Source: Alkanindiges illinoisensis DSM 15370 (lineage in GTDB: Bacteria > Pseudomonadota > Gammaproteobacteria > Pseudomonadales > Moraxellaceae). Taken from it: a DNA stretch of 32,000 nucleotides. This document shows positions 9,177-17,677 of the stretch, piece after piece. The position numbers and the translations under genes were made by a program. How positions within the stretch are numbered: position 1 is the stretch's first letter; each line of letters opens with the position of its first letter. The notes under the pieces were generated by a model. That model was given only the letters and a program-made list of their open reading frames with translations, was not told where the DNA came from and did no database searches. The stretch spans positions 60,001 through 92,000 of the forward strand of contig NZ_JHUX01000007.1 in assembly GCF_000619845.1 (NCBI RefSeq). The letters are read 5' to 3'.

Positions 9177-9419
9177 TTAGGGTGCGGCTGGGCTCTCCAG
9201 TAAAGCAACTTTTTCAGTTAATGTTTCAATCTCGACTAACAGGCTGGCAATATTTTTCTGGGCATTCAGTAATGCGGTTTGCTGGCGCAGAAATTCTTCC
9301 TGACTAACCAGATCCATACGGGTAATCATCTCGGATAACAAGGCGCGCAGGTTTTTTTCCAGATCGGCTTTGGGTTCGTGAAGCTGTTCCAGAATGGCTT
9401 GAAGCAATTGCTCTATCAT
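9177..9419 (-). CDS. ubiK: ubiquinone biosynthesis accessory factor UbiK (YqiC/BMFP family) coiled-coil protein
   Basis: 80 aa. The central motif RMDLVSQEEFLRQQTALL followed by a leucine-zipper-like tail matches E. coli YqiC (RLDLVSREEFDVQTQVLL). Confidence 0.7.
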   Translation of the reverse strand: MIEQLLQAILEQLHEPKADLEKNLRALLSEMITRMDLVSQEEFLRQQTALLNAQKNIASLLVEIETLTEKVALLESPAAP

Positions 9420-9669
9420 GGTGAATTAATGCTCCATTTTGAGGCGTAAAATCAGTATATGGAAAAAAAGAATAAAAAAACCGCATAAAATCTTGAGGTT
9501 TTTATTGATTAAGTAGAAGTGTAATCGCAAAAGTCTAAAGTAAAAATACAGAATTAAGTTTTCTTGTAGCATTTGGAAACAATTTTATGCATGATCAGTT
9601 AACAACGATGTCGAACACGGAAAAATCTGCGTAAGGCTTTGCCTGTCAGAGGCCATGTAGCGACACTAA

Positions 9670-9688
9670 TTGCCAGCGAATTTGGCAA
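9670..9688. promoter_or_regulatory. inverted repeat TTGCCA-N7-TGGCAA about 45 nt upstream of porin gene 9730
   Basis: Perfect 6-bp arms read directly from the sequence. The position fits an operator or promoter-proximal site. No known regulator could be assigned. Confidence 0.25.
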
Positions 9689-9729
9689 AGTGAATACATT
9701 TATTTAGGGTTAACTATTTTAAGGGTGAT

Positions 9730-10515
9730 GTGATGAAAGGATTAAAACAAATTGCAGTTACAGGCTGTATCTTGGCCCTGATGAGCCATGTTCAGGCCGC
9801 CGATGTGATTACCGTGCCGGGTGTAACCACCACAGGTAATGTAACGCTGTCTACCGACTACCGTTTCCGTGGTATTTCGCAAACCAGTAATAATCCTGCC
9901 ATTCAGGGTGCCATTAACTTTAACCATGAGTCAGGAACATATGCCAGTCTGTGGGCCTCAAATGTCAGCGGCAACAGTACTGCAGAAATTGACGGCGTGC
10001 TGGGTTATGCCACCAAGCTCAACCTGATTCCCAACCGTGATACCACACTGGATGTGGGCTATATCCGCTATATGTATGCAGGCTCTGGCGATTCTGCGCC
10101 GGGTAGCAAACAGCCCGACTATAATGAGCTGTTTGGCCGTTTAAACCTTGCTGGTAGCGTGATCAAGGAAGATAACCTGATGGTTGGGGCAAATTATTCC
10201 AATGATTATTTTAACCAGTCCGATAACTTCTGGTATTTCAGTGCCAATTATACCGCACCCATCAAGGATACCGGTTTTGGACTGGTGGCTGGTGTCGGCT
10301 ATAACCTGTTCAAGAATAGCCGCATGATGAACCGCGCGCTGGGTACGGCCAGTACCGATGACAGCTATATCGACTATAAGCTGGGCACCAGTTTTGGTGT
10401 GCAGGGCCTGACTACTGAACTGGCCTGGGTAGATACCAGCCTAAAAGACAGTGAATGCGTTGATAAAAAAGCCTGCGATGGTACGGTACAACTGAGCATC
10501 AGTAAAACATTCTAG
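9730..10515 (+). CDS. TorF-family putative outer-membrane porin (second paralog), directly upstream of glnK-amtB
   Basis: GTG 9730 or ATG 9733 start. It has a signal peptide ...LMSHVQA, the motif GNVTLSTDYRFRGISQT, and a C-terminal ...LSISKTF. Confidence 0.75.
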   Translation: MMKGLKQIAVTGCILALMSHVQAADVITVPGVTTTGNVTLSTDYRFRGISQTSNNPAIQGAINFNHESGTYASLWASNVSGNSTAEIDGVLGYATKLNLIPNRDTTLDVGYIRYMYAGSGDSAPGSKQPDYNELFGRLNLAGSVIKEDNLMVGANYSNDYFNQSDNFWYFSANYTAPIKDTGFGLVAGVGYNLFKNSRMMNRALGTASTDDSYIDYKLGTSFGVQGLTTELAWVDTSLKDSECVDKKACDGTVQLSISKTF

Positions 10516-10546
10516 GTACAACTTGACAGTCAAATACGTTATAAAG

Positions 10547-10571
10547 AGGGTCGCGTCAGCGGCCTTTTTTG
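10547..10571 (+). terminator. rho-independent terminator after porin 2
   Basis: AGGGTCGC-gtca-GCGGCCTT stem (with G:U pairs) followed by TTTTTT. Confidence 0.7.
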
Positions 10572-10593
10572 TTTCCCCCACAATTGATGCTGT

Positions 10594-10986
<393 letters not shown>

Positions 10987-11042
10987 TACAGACTACAATC
11001 ATGGCATGGACTTTGCTGTAACCAAAATAACGCATTGATCCT

Positions 11043-12536
11043 GTGTTGGGGGAAGACACAATGAAACACATGTTACTTGCGCTGGGGTTATCCAGTGCAC
11101 TTCTAACATCAGCAAGTGTATGGGCAGAAGCGCCTGCAACGATGCCAGAAGCTGTTACACAAGATGCAACGACAGCAACTGCAACCACAGAAACAGCTGC
11201 ACCTGCCACCAGTGATAATATCACCATGGCCACAGCACCGGACAATGCAAATGTTCCGGTAGCTGCAGCGGCTGAACAAACAGTATCGGCTACTGAAGAG
11301 GCTGCGCCTGCGGCAGAAGCAGCGCCCAAGGTGGTTACTGGTGATACGGCATGGATTCTGACCTCAACGGCGCTGGTACTGCTGATGACCATTCCGGGTC
11401 TGGCGCTATTCTACGGCGGCATGGTGCGCAAGAAAAACGTACTCAGCACCATGATGTATAGCCTGTCTGCCACCATACTGGTTAGCCTGATCTGGGTGAT
11501 TGTGGGCTATTCACTGGCTTTTTCCGGCGAAGGTGCCTATATCGGCAATCTGGGCAAGGTTCTGCTCAACGGCGTAGCATTTGATGCCTTAAGCGGTACG
11601 ATTCCTGAAAGCCTGTTTGTGATTTTCCAGATGACCTTTGCCATTATTACCGTAGCCATTTTAAGTGGTTCGGTGGCTGACCGTATGAAGTACTCTGCAT
11701 TCATGCTGTTTATTGCCCTGTGGGTAATTGCGGTTTATGCACCGATTACGCATTGGGTCTGGGCGGCTGGCGGCTGGTTGTTTGATGCCGGTGCGCTGGA
11801 TTTTGCGGGTGGTACTGTAGTGCATATTAATTCGGGTGTAGCTGGCCTGGTTGCTGCCTATGTACTGGGCAAGCGCATTGGCTTTGGTAAGGAAGCCATG
11901 GCACCGCACAACCTCACCTTAACCGTAATTGGTGCAAGTTTGCTGTGGGTGGGCTGGTTTGGCTTTAACGGCGGTAGCGCACTGGGCGCTGGCAGCCGTG
12001 CCAGCATGGCGATTCTGGTGACTCAGGTTGCTGCTGCTGCTGCTGCGTTTGCCTGGCTGATTGCTGAGCGTTTTGTGCGTGGCAAGGCCTCTGTACTGGG
12101 TGGTGCATCCGGCGCTGTGGCCGGTCTGGTGGTGATTACCCCTGCTGCCGGTTTTGTCGGTGTCGGTGGCGCGCTGATCATGGGTCTGATTGGTGGTGTG
12201 GTATGCTTCTGGGGTACCACTTCCCTCAAGCGCATGCTCAAAGCAGATGATGCACTGGATGCCTTTGGCCTGCATGCGGTTGGTGGTATTGTCGGTGCTA
12301 TGCTGACAGCCGTATGTGTTAACAGTGAAGTCATTGCTGCCGCTGGTCTTGAGTTGCCATCACTGGGCAAGCAACTGTGGATTCAGGCAGAAGGCGTACT
12401 GGCTACCATTATTTATAGTGGTGTCGTGACCTTTATCCTGCTGAAGATTGTAGATGTCATCATTGGCCTGCGTGTGAATGAAGAACAGGAACGCGAAGGT
12501 CTGGATATTACCCAGCATGGCGAACGTGTAGAGTAA
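11043..12536 (+). CDS. amtB: ammonium transporter AmtB with a long low-complexity periplasmic N-terminal extension; likely start is ATG 11061
   Basis: Amt family core is present (TAWILTSTALVLLMTIPGLALFYGG, DFAGGTVVHINSG, GWFGFNGGSA). GGGGAAG SD precedes ATG 11061 (MKHMLLALG...). Confidence 0.9.
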   Translation: MLGEDTMKHMLLALGLSSALLTSASVWAEAPATMPEAVTQDATTATATTETAAPATSDNITMATAPDNANVPVAAAAEQTVSATEEAAPAAEAAPKVVTGDTAWILTSTALVLLMTIPGLALFYGGMVRKKNVLSTMMYSLSATILVSLIWVIVGYSLAFSGEGAYIGNLGKVLLNGVAFDALSGTIPESLFVIFQMTFAIITVAILSGSVADRMKYSAFMLFIALWVIAVYAPITHWVWAAGGWLFDAGALDFAGGTVVHINSGVAGLVAAYVLGKRIGFGKEAMAPHNLTLTVIGASLLWVGWFGFNGGSALGAGSRASMAILVTQVAAAAAAFAWLIAERFVRGKASVLGGASGAVAGLVVITPAAGFVGVGGALIMGLIGGVVCFWGTTSLKRMLKADDALDAFGLHAVGGIVGAMLTAVCVNSEVIAAAGLELPSLGKQLWIQAEGVLATIIYSGVVTFILLKIVDVIIGLRVNEEQEREGLDITQHGERVE

Positions 12537-12561
12537 CGTGTCGTTATATGGGTTCAAAGAT

Positions 12562-12591
12562 AAAAACGGTCTCTAGCAGGCCGTTTTTTTA
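12562..12591 (+). terminator. rho-independent terminator after amtB
   Basis: AAAAACGGTCT-ctagc-AGGCCGTTTTT followed by a T run. Confidence 0.75.
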
Positions 12592-12652
12592 TACTTATTA
12601 AAAATGCATATTTTTGCTACACTGACCCATCAATTTTTCAAATGCTAGCACC

Positions 12653-13207
12653 ATGCACTGTCCGTTTTGCAATGCTCCCGATAGTAAGGTGATTGATTCG
12701 CGGCTGGCTGCCGAGGGCCGGCAAATCCGTCGTCGTCGTGAATGTGTGGCCTGCGGTGACCGCTTTACCACTTTTGAGTCCTACGATGTAGTCATGCCAC
12801 GGGTGATTAAGTCCAACGGGCGCAATGAACCTTTTAATGAGGAAAAACTGCGACATTCACTGACACTGGCGCTGCAAAAACGCCCGGTGAGTCAGGACCA
12901 GATTGAAGCCACCCTGCTGGATATTGGCCAGCATTTGCGCCGACTTGGAGAACGGGATGTGACCTCGCGCAAGATTGGCGAAATTGTCATGCAGTCACTG
13001 TATGACCTGGATCATGTGGCCTATGTGCGGTTTGCCTCGGTGTACCGGGATTTTCAGGATGTAGATGCCTTTAAGCGTGAAATTGAGCAAATGGGCATGG
13101 AGCAAACCGGCATTGCCAGAAATATGCTTGAGAAAGCCAGTCTGGAAAAACCAACATTAGAAAAGCCAGTATCAGAAAAGCTTAGTAAAGACAGTCAGAA
13201 ACCATGA
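12653..13207 (+). CDS. nrdR: transcriptional repressor NrdR (zinc ribbon + ATP-cone) with C-terminal LEKP-repeat tail
   Basis: [17 protein letters not shown]...[16 protein letters not shown] is the canonical NrdR zinc ribbon. The stop overlaps the ribD start (ATGA at 13204-13207). Confidence 0.9.
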   Translation: MHCPFCNAPDSKVIDSRLAAEGRQIRRRRECVACGDRFTTFESYDVVMPRVIKSNGRNEPFNEEKLRHSLTLALQKRPVSQDQIEATLLDIGQHLRRLGERDVTSRKIGEIVMQSLYDLDHVAYVRFASVYRDFQDVDAFKREIEQMGMEQTGIARNMLEKASLEKPTLEKPVSEKLSKDSQKP

Positions 13208-14268
13208 TTAACCCCCTTTATATGCAGCGTGCCATTGAACTGGCCAAACAGGGGCAGTACAGCACCAAGCCTAATCCCAACGTGGGCTGTGTGATTGTTA
13301 AGGATGGGCAGATTGTGGGTGAGGGCTTTCATCCCCAAGCAGGCCAGCCACATGCCGAAGTGTTTGCCTTAAGACAGGCTGGTGAGCAGGCGCAGGGTGC
13401 AATAGCGTATGTGACGCTGGAACCCTGTGCGCATTATGGCCGCACACCACCGTGTGCCAATGCACTGGTAGAGGCAGGGGTTAGCCATGTGGTAATGGCA
13501 AGCCTTGATCCCAATCCACTGGTGGCAGGCAAAGGGCAGGCTATTCTGGAAGCAGCAGGGATTGGCACTAGAGTGGGCGTGCTAGAAGCTGAAGCACGCG
13601 CCTTAAACAAGGGTTTCCTGCAAGTCATGGCTGGCGGGCGACCCTATGTGCGCCTGAAAATGGCCGCCAGTCTGGATGGCCGTACTGCGATGGCATCGGG
13701 TGAATCCAAATGGATTACCGGTGAGGCCGCCCGGCTGGATGTGCAGCACTGGCGTGCCCTGAGTGGCGCGGTGATTACTGGCATTAACACCGTACTAGCG
13801 GATGATCCGGCCTTAAATGTCCGCCAATTATCCAGTGATTTTCCCATTGAAAACGTGGTGCAGCCCTTACGGGTGGTTCTGGATCGGCAAAGCCGTTTTC
13901 CGCAACAGGCCCAGCTGTTAAACCATCCTGAAAAGTTGCTGTTGGTTGGTACCCAGCCGAAAGTGGCACCAGCGGTTGAACACTGGCCGGACATGGCTCT
14001 GGCACAATTACTGAATGAATTAAAAAATCAAAAACAAATTTATGAGGTGCTGGTAGAAGCCGGGCCAACGCTGGCTGGCGAATTTTTGCGGCAGGGTCTG
14101 GTGGATGAGCTGATTGTATATCTGGCGCCGACCTTGCTGGGTTGTGATGCGCGTGCCATGTTTAATGTATCTTTGTCGCAAATGCGCGAGCAATATCGGC
14201 TACAATTGCAGGAGCTGACTCAGGTCGGGCAGGATGTGCGCCTGATTCTAAGCCCTGTTGCCCCTTAA
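13204..14268 (+). CDS. ribD: bifunctional riboflavin biosynthesis deaminase/reductase RibD
   Basis: Deaminase zinc motif HAEV...[13 protein letters not shown] is followed by a reductase domain ([11 protein letters not shown]...). nrdR-ribD synteny is common. Confidence 0.9.
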   Translation: MINPLYMQRAIELAKQGQYSTKPNPNVGCVIVKDGQIVGEGFHPQAGQPHAEVFALRQAGEQAQGAIAYVTLEPCAHYGRTPPCANALVEAGVSHVVMASLDPNPLVAGKGQAILEAAGIGTRVGVLEAEARALNKGFLQVMAGGRPYVRLKMAASLDGRTAMASGESKWITGEAARLDVQHWRALSGAVITGINTVLADDPALNVRQLSSDFPIENVVQPLRVVLDRQSRFPQQAQLLNHPEKLLLVGTQPKVAPAVEHWPDMALAQLLNELKNQKQIYEVLVEAGPTLAGEFLRQGLVDELIVYLAPTLLGCDARAMFNVSLSQMREQYRLQLQELTQVGQDVRLILSPVAP

Positions 14269-14311
14269 CCAGTTCATGTTTCAATGAGACGTTCTAACCC
14301 AATAGCGTAGA

Positions 14312-15616
14312 GTGATGAATACTGAAGCCAATGTGTATCACAAGCGTCGCCACGCTGCGCGAACCACCGATGATTACCTGTTTCATCAGCTGGTGCCTTA
14401 TCTGGGCAACAAGCGTCGTCTGCTGCACCTGATTCTGGCAGCACTGGAACAAACCGGCACCCTGAATAGTAAAAGCAGTAAAAACGGCAAGCCGCCTATT
14501 TTTGCAGACCTGTTTGCCGGCAGTGGCGTGGTGTCACGACTGGCCCGGCAAAATGGCTACCGCGTAATTGCCAATGACTGGGAACCGTATAGCCATGCGT
14601 TGAACCATGCCTTGCTGGCCTGTGTGGAAGCGCCGGACTTTGCAGGCCTGGGCGGCTATCAGGCAGCGATTGACCAACTCAACAGCTTGCCGGAACAGGT
14701 GGGCTGGGTCACCCGCAACCTGTCCCCGCGCGATGATGATTTTTATGATCCGGCGCGTGACCGGCTGTTCTTTAAGCGCCGCAATGGCATGCGCATTGAT
14801 GCCATCCGCAACCAGATTATGCAATGGCAGCATCAGGGCCTGATTACGCCACTGGAAATGAGTGCATTGCTGGCACCATTACTCTATTCAGCCAGTTTTG
14901 TTAGCAATACCAGTGGTGTCTTTAAAAGTTTCCATCAGGGCTGGGGTGGCAAAACCCAGACCGCGCTGGAACGTATTGACTCCCTGCTGTGGCTTACACC
15001 TAGCCGCTTTTGCCCCATTGGCACGCCCGGCCAGTTAGCCGCTGAAATGTGGTGCGTGGATGCCCAGTATCTGGCCAAACAAATGTCGTCGTTTAAGGTT
15101 GATATTGCCTATCTGGATCCGCCATATAACCAGCATGCCTATAGCAGCAATTATCATGTGCTCAATGCACTCACCCTGTGGGATCAGGTGGATTTACCCA
15201 CCCCTGATACACCGGGCTTTAAAAGTGGCATCGACCGCGCATGGCGTAAGGAACGCCCCAGCCCCTACAATTCGGCCAAGTATGCTACCGAGGCCTATCA
15301 GGAACTGGTGGCAACCCTAAATTCCCGCTTTATCCTGACCAGCTACAGCACCGATGGCAATATTGCACCCAAGGATTTGCTCAAGGCCAATCTGGATCGC
15401 GGCCGTGTGACTTTGCTGACACAGGATGTACCGCGCTACCGGGTGAGCAAGCAGCGTCAGTCCGAGCGCGCGCGTACCCTTGAGTTTATTGTAATTACCG
15501 ATACACAGGCCAAGTCAGGGCCACCCCTCAATCAATTGCTGGGTCAGCTTTATCACTTTGCCGAGCTGGGTGGCGTGGACACCTCTGGGCCAAGTACGCA
15601 ACTGGCACTGTGGTAA
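14312..15616 (+). CDS. D12-class N6-adenine DNA methyltransferase with no adjacent endonuclease (orphan); possibly the AamA (A1S_0222)-type enzyme
   Basis: N-terminal PYLGNKRRLL and FADLFAGSGVV (SAM motif I), ...ANDWEPYS..., and catalytic DPPY (YLDPPYNQH) match Dam/D12 architecture. 434 aa, longer than typical Dam. Confidence 0.75.
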   Translation: MMNTEANVYHKRRHAARTTDDYLFHQLVPYLGNKRRLLHLILAALEQTGTLNSKSSKNGKPPIFADLFAGSGVVSRLARQNGYRVIANDWEPYSHALNHALLACVEAPDFAGLGGYQAAIDQLNSLPEQVGWVTRNLSPRDDDFYDPARDRLFFKRRNGMRIDAIRNQIMQWQHQGLITPLEMSALLAPLLYSASFVSNTSGVFKSFHQGWGGKTQTALERIDSLLWLTPSRFCPIGTPGQLAAEMWCVDAQYLAKQMSSFKVDIAYLDPPYNQHAYSSNYHVLNALTLWDQVDLPTPDTPGFKSGIDRAWRKERPSPYNSAKYATEAYQELVATLNSRFILTSYSTDGNIAPKDLLKANLDRGRVTLLTQDVPRYRVSKQRQSERARTLEFIVITDTQAKSGPPLNQLLGQLYHFAELGGVDTSGPSTQLALW

Positions 15617-15732
15617 GCATGTTTGATTGCACCTGAATCATTAAAATAATTGCTCACATTTTAAAATATTAAACAGCCTCAGGCTGCATTAGGATATTAA
15701 AGGCCCACCTGTTTAAGTAGAAGTCGGGTTAA

Positions 15733-15757
15733 TCCTTATTAAACATGACAATAAGGA
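15733..15757 (+). promoter_or_regulatory. 8-bp hairpin TCCTTATT-N9-AATAAGGA that contains the SD of ORF 15761
   Basis: Perfect complementarity read from the sequence. The AAGGA SD (15753-15757) lies in the 3' arm, 3 nt before the ATG. Confidence 0.35.
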
Positions 15758-15760
15758 AAA

Positions 15761-16084
15761 ATGATGCAAACACGTCTTAAAAAAATTGCGCTAACCACCT
15801 GCCTGCTATTGCTGGCGCCCTTAAGCTTTGCCACCACCTGGACAGCTGGCAGTAATCATCAGGGCAAAGTCACGGTTCCCATTGAGGGCGGCCCGGTAAT
15901 CACTTGGCAATGCAATGGCAAAAGTTGCAGCCTGACTGGGCCGTGGGGCACTGAGTTGTCCATGGACTCCTGCCAGAATCTGGTCACACGGGTCGGCAAA
16001 ATTAGCTATTACAAGAATAGTGCAGGCAAGGCATGGAATGCTAATTCAGATGAATTGGCCGAATGCAATCAGGTGGCCCGCTAA
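15761..16084 (+). CDS. small secreted cysteine-containing hypothetical protein
   Basis: 107 aa with signal peptide ...LLLLAPLSFA and four Cys in the mature part. AAGGA SD is present. No family recognised. Confidence 0.5.
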   Translation: MMQTRLKKIALTTCLLLLAPLSFATTWTAGSNHQGKVTVPIEGGPVITWQCNGKSCSLTGPWGTELSMDSCQNLVTRVGKISYYKNSAGKAWNANSDELAECNQVAR

Positions 16085-16240
16085 GCCATCTAGCCTGCGT
16101 TTTTCAGGCTCATGAACTGGTTTGGCAAAAGTTACCCGATGTTTTGTGGCGATATTTTTGAGGTTAGTTTGTGACATGGCTTTTGCCCCATGATTGGGTA
16201 TAATCAGCGCCAGTTTAATTGCAGTGAAAGATAGCGCGCT

Positions 16241-16903
16241 ATGTTTACAGGCATCATTGAAGCCGTAGGAAAAGTATTATCGTCCAGCCAGACGGCGGGT
16301 GATGTGCGTCTGGTGATTGATGCTGCCGGACTGGACATGGGCGATGTCAAACTGGGTGATTCAATTGCCACCAGCGGTGTCTGCCTGACTGTGATTGATT
16401 TTGGCAAGAACTGGTATGCGGCTGATGTCTCACTGGAAACCATTCGCCGCACCACCTTGCTGCAATGGAAAACGGGTACACTGGTTAACCTTGAAAAAGC
16501 CCTGTTACCCACCACACGTCTGGGAGGCCATCTGGTCAGTGGGCATGTGGATGGGCTGGGTGAAATTACCCTGGTACGTAAAGATGCCCGCTCGCTGTAT
16601 TTCGAAGTTAAGGCACCGGATGAGCTGGCCAAATATCTGGCAGAAAAAGGCTCCATTACCGTAGATGGCATTAGCCTGACCATTAATCATTTAAATGGCG
16701 CTTTGCTGAGCCTCAATTTAGTACCGCATACGGCTGAGCAAACCACAATTAAGGAATGGAAAGTCGGCAGCAAGGTCAATCTGGAAGTAGACGTACTGGC
16801 GCGTTATCTGGAGCGCTTGTTACTGGGCGATAAAGCTGCACAGGCCACGGCCAAAAGTACCATTGATATGAGCTTTCTTGCAGAGAATGGGTTTCTGCGT
16901 TAA
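16241..16903 (+). CDS. ribE: riboflavin synthase (alpha chain)
   Basis: MFTGIIEAVGKV... with the duplicated lumazine-binding repeat (GDSIATSGVCLTV / GSITVDGISLTI). Confidence 0.9.
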   Translation: MFTGIIEAVGKVLSSSQTAGDVRLVIDAAGLDMGDVKLGDSIATSGVCLTVIDFGKNWYAADVSLETIRRTTLLQWKTGTLVNLEKALLPTTRLGGHLVSGHVDGLGEITLVRKDARSLYFEVKAPDELAKYLAEKGSITVDGISLTINHLNGALLSLNLVPHTAEQTTIKEWKVGSKVNLEVDVLARYLERLLLGDKAAQATAKSTIDMSFLAENGFLR

Positions 16904-17081
16904 CCCAATATTAGATATTCCAGCTTTTCCATAGTCCCAGCCTAATAAATATGGGCTAAATGAATAATAAATACTTCTAATCGCTATTTTTAGCTGACTT
17001 AAAACTCAAATATGTTGTGATTAAAAAACATATAGGTTAGGCACCTTTTTAAGCCTTAATAATTTAATTAAAGATGAGGAA

Positions 17082-17606
17082 ATGATGAGAATATTTTTTA
17101 TAACCCTGATTACTTTAGCATTAACAGCCTGTTCCAAGCCTTATGATAAATATATTGGATACTGGAAATTAGAAGATACCAGCTATTCTAAAATATTGGA
17201 AATTCGTAAAGAAGCTAAGGATACCTATTTGGTCAATGAAGATGTTTTAAGTGCTGCTAATTTATCAGGCCAAAATAAAAAAGAAATGGTTCTTGAGCAA
17301 AAAGATAATCAACTAGGTGTCAATAATGGTTTAACAGTCATTCCCTTTAGTTTATCTGAGGACGGAAACAGCTTGCGAATCAGGGAAAATAAATACATTA
17401 AAATTACTGACAATGAAGCGAAAACAGCAATAAAGAATAGGCAGGACTGTAATCAGCTGGAATCAAAGTTTAGAGAACAACGTCTTGCTTTTCGGTCATT
17501 TGTTAATGAAACTGAGAAAAAGCCACGTAACGAACTGCTTGAAAAATATACTACACTTCAAAAGCAGATTCCTGATTGTAAATTCTATATTCCAAAGGCC
17601 TACTAG
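17082..17606 (+). CDS. hypothetical lipoprotein in a low-GC islet
   Basis: Lipobox LALTAC (Cys17). GAGGAA SD is present. One hand-counted 60-nt line is about 32% GC, against about 50-58% in neighbouring core genes. Confidence 0.6.
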   Translation: MMRIFFITLITLALTACSKPYDKYIGYWKLEDTSYSKILEIRKEAKDTYLVNEDVLSAANLSGQNKKEMVLEQKDNQLGVNNGLTVIPFSLSEDGNSLRIRENKYIKITDNEAKTAIKNRQDCNQLESKFREQRLAFRSFVNETEKKPRNELLEKYTTLQKQIPDCKFYIPKAY

Positions 17607-17615
17607 AACAGCTAC

Positions 17616-17641
17616 AACAGCCTTATTAAGTTAAGGCTGTT
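17616..17641. terminator. hairpin between convergent genes (AACAGCCTTA-ttaagt-TAAGGCTGTT)
   Basis: Perfect 10-bp stem. The flanking U-tract is weak. Confidence 0.45.
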
Positions 17642-17677
17642 GCTTATTAAGATATTGAAAATAAAGGGAAAGCGAGG

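Noticed and set aside
16085-16240. FMN (RFN) riboswitch upstream of ribE, and likewise upstream of nrdR-ribD at 12537-12652
   Set aside because: I could not find the conserved RFN core sequences or the multi-stem architecture. The ribE leader shows only a TATAAT (16199-16204) and a short leader.
16204-16683. 159-aa minus-strand ORF, and 16395-16664 (+) in an alternate frame
   Set aside because: They overlap ribE, whose MFTGIIE… lumazine-binding repeats fix the real frame.
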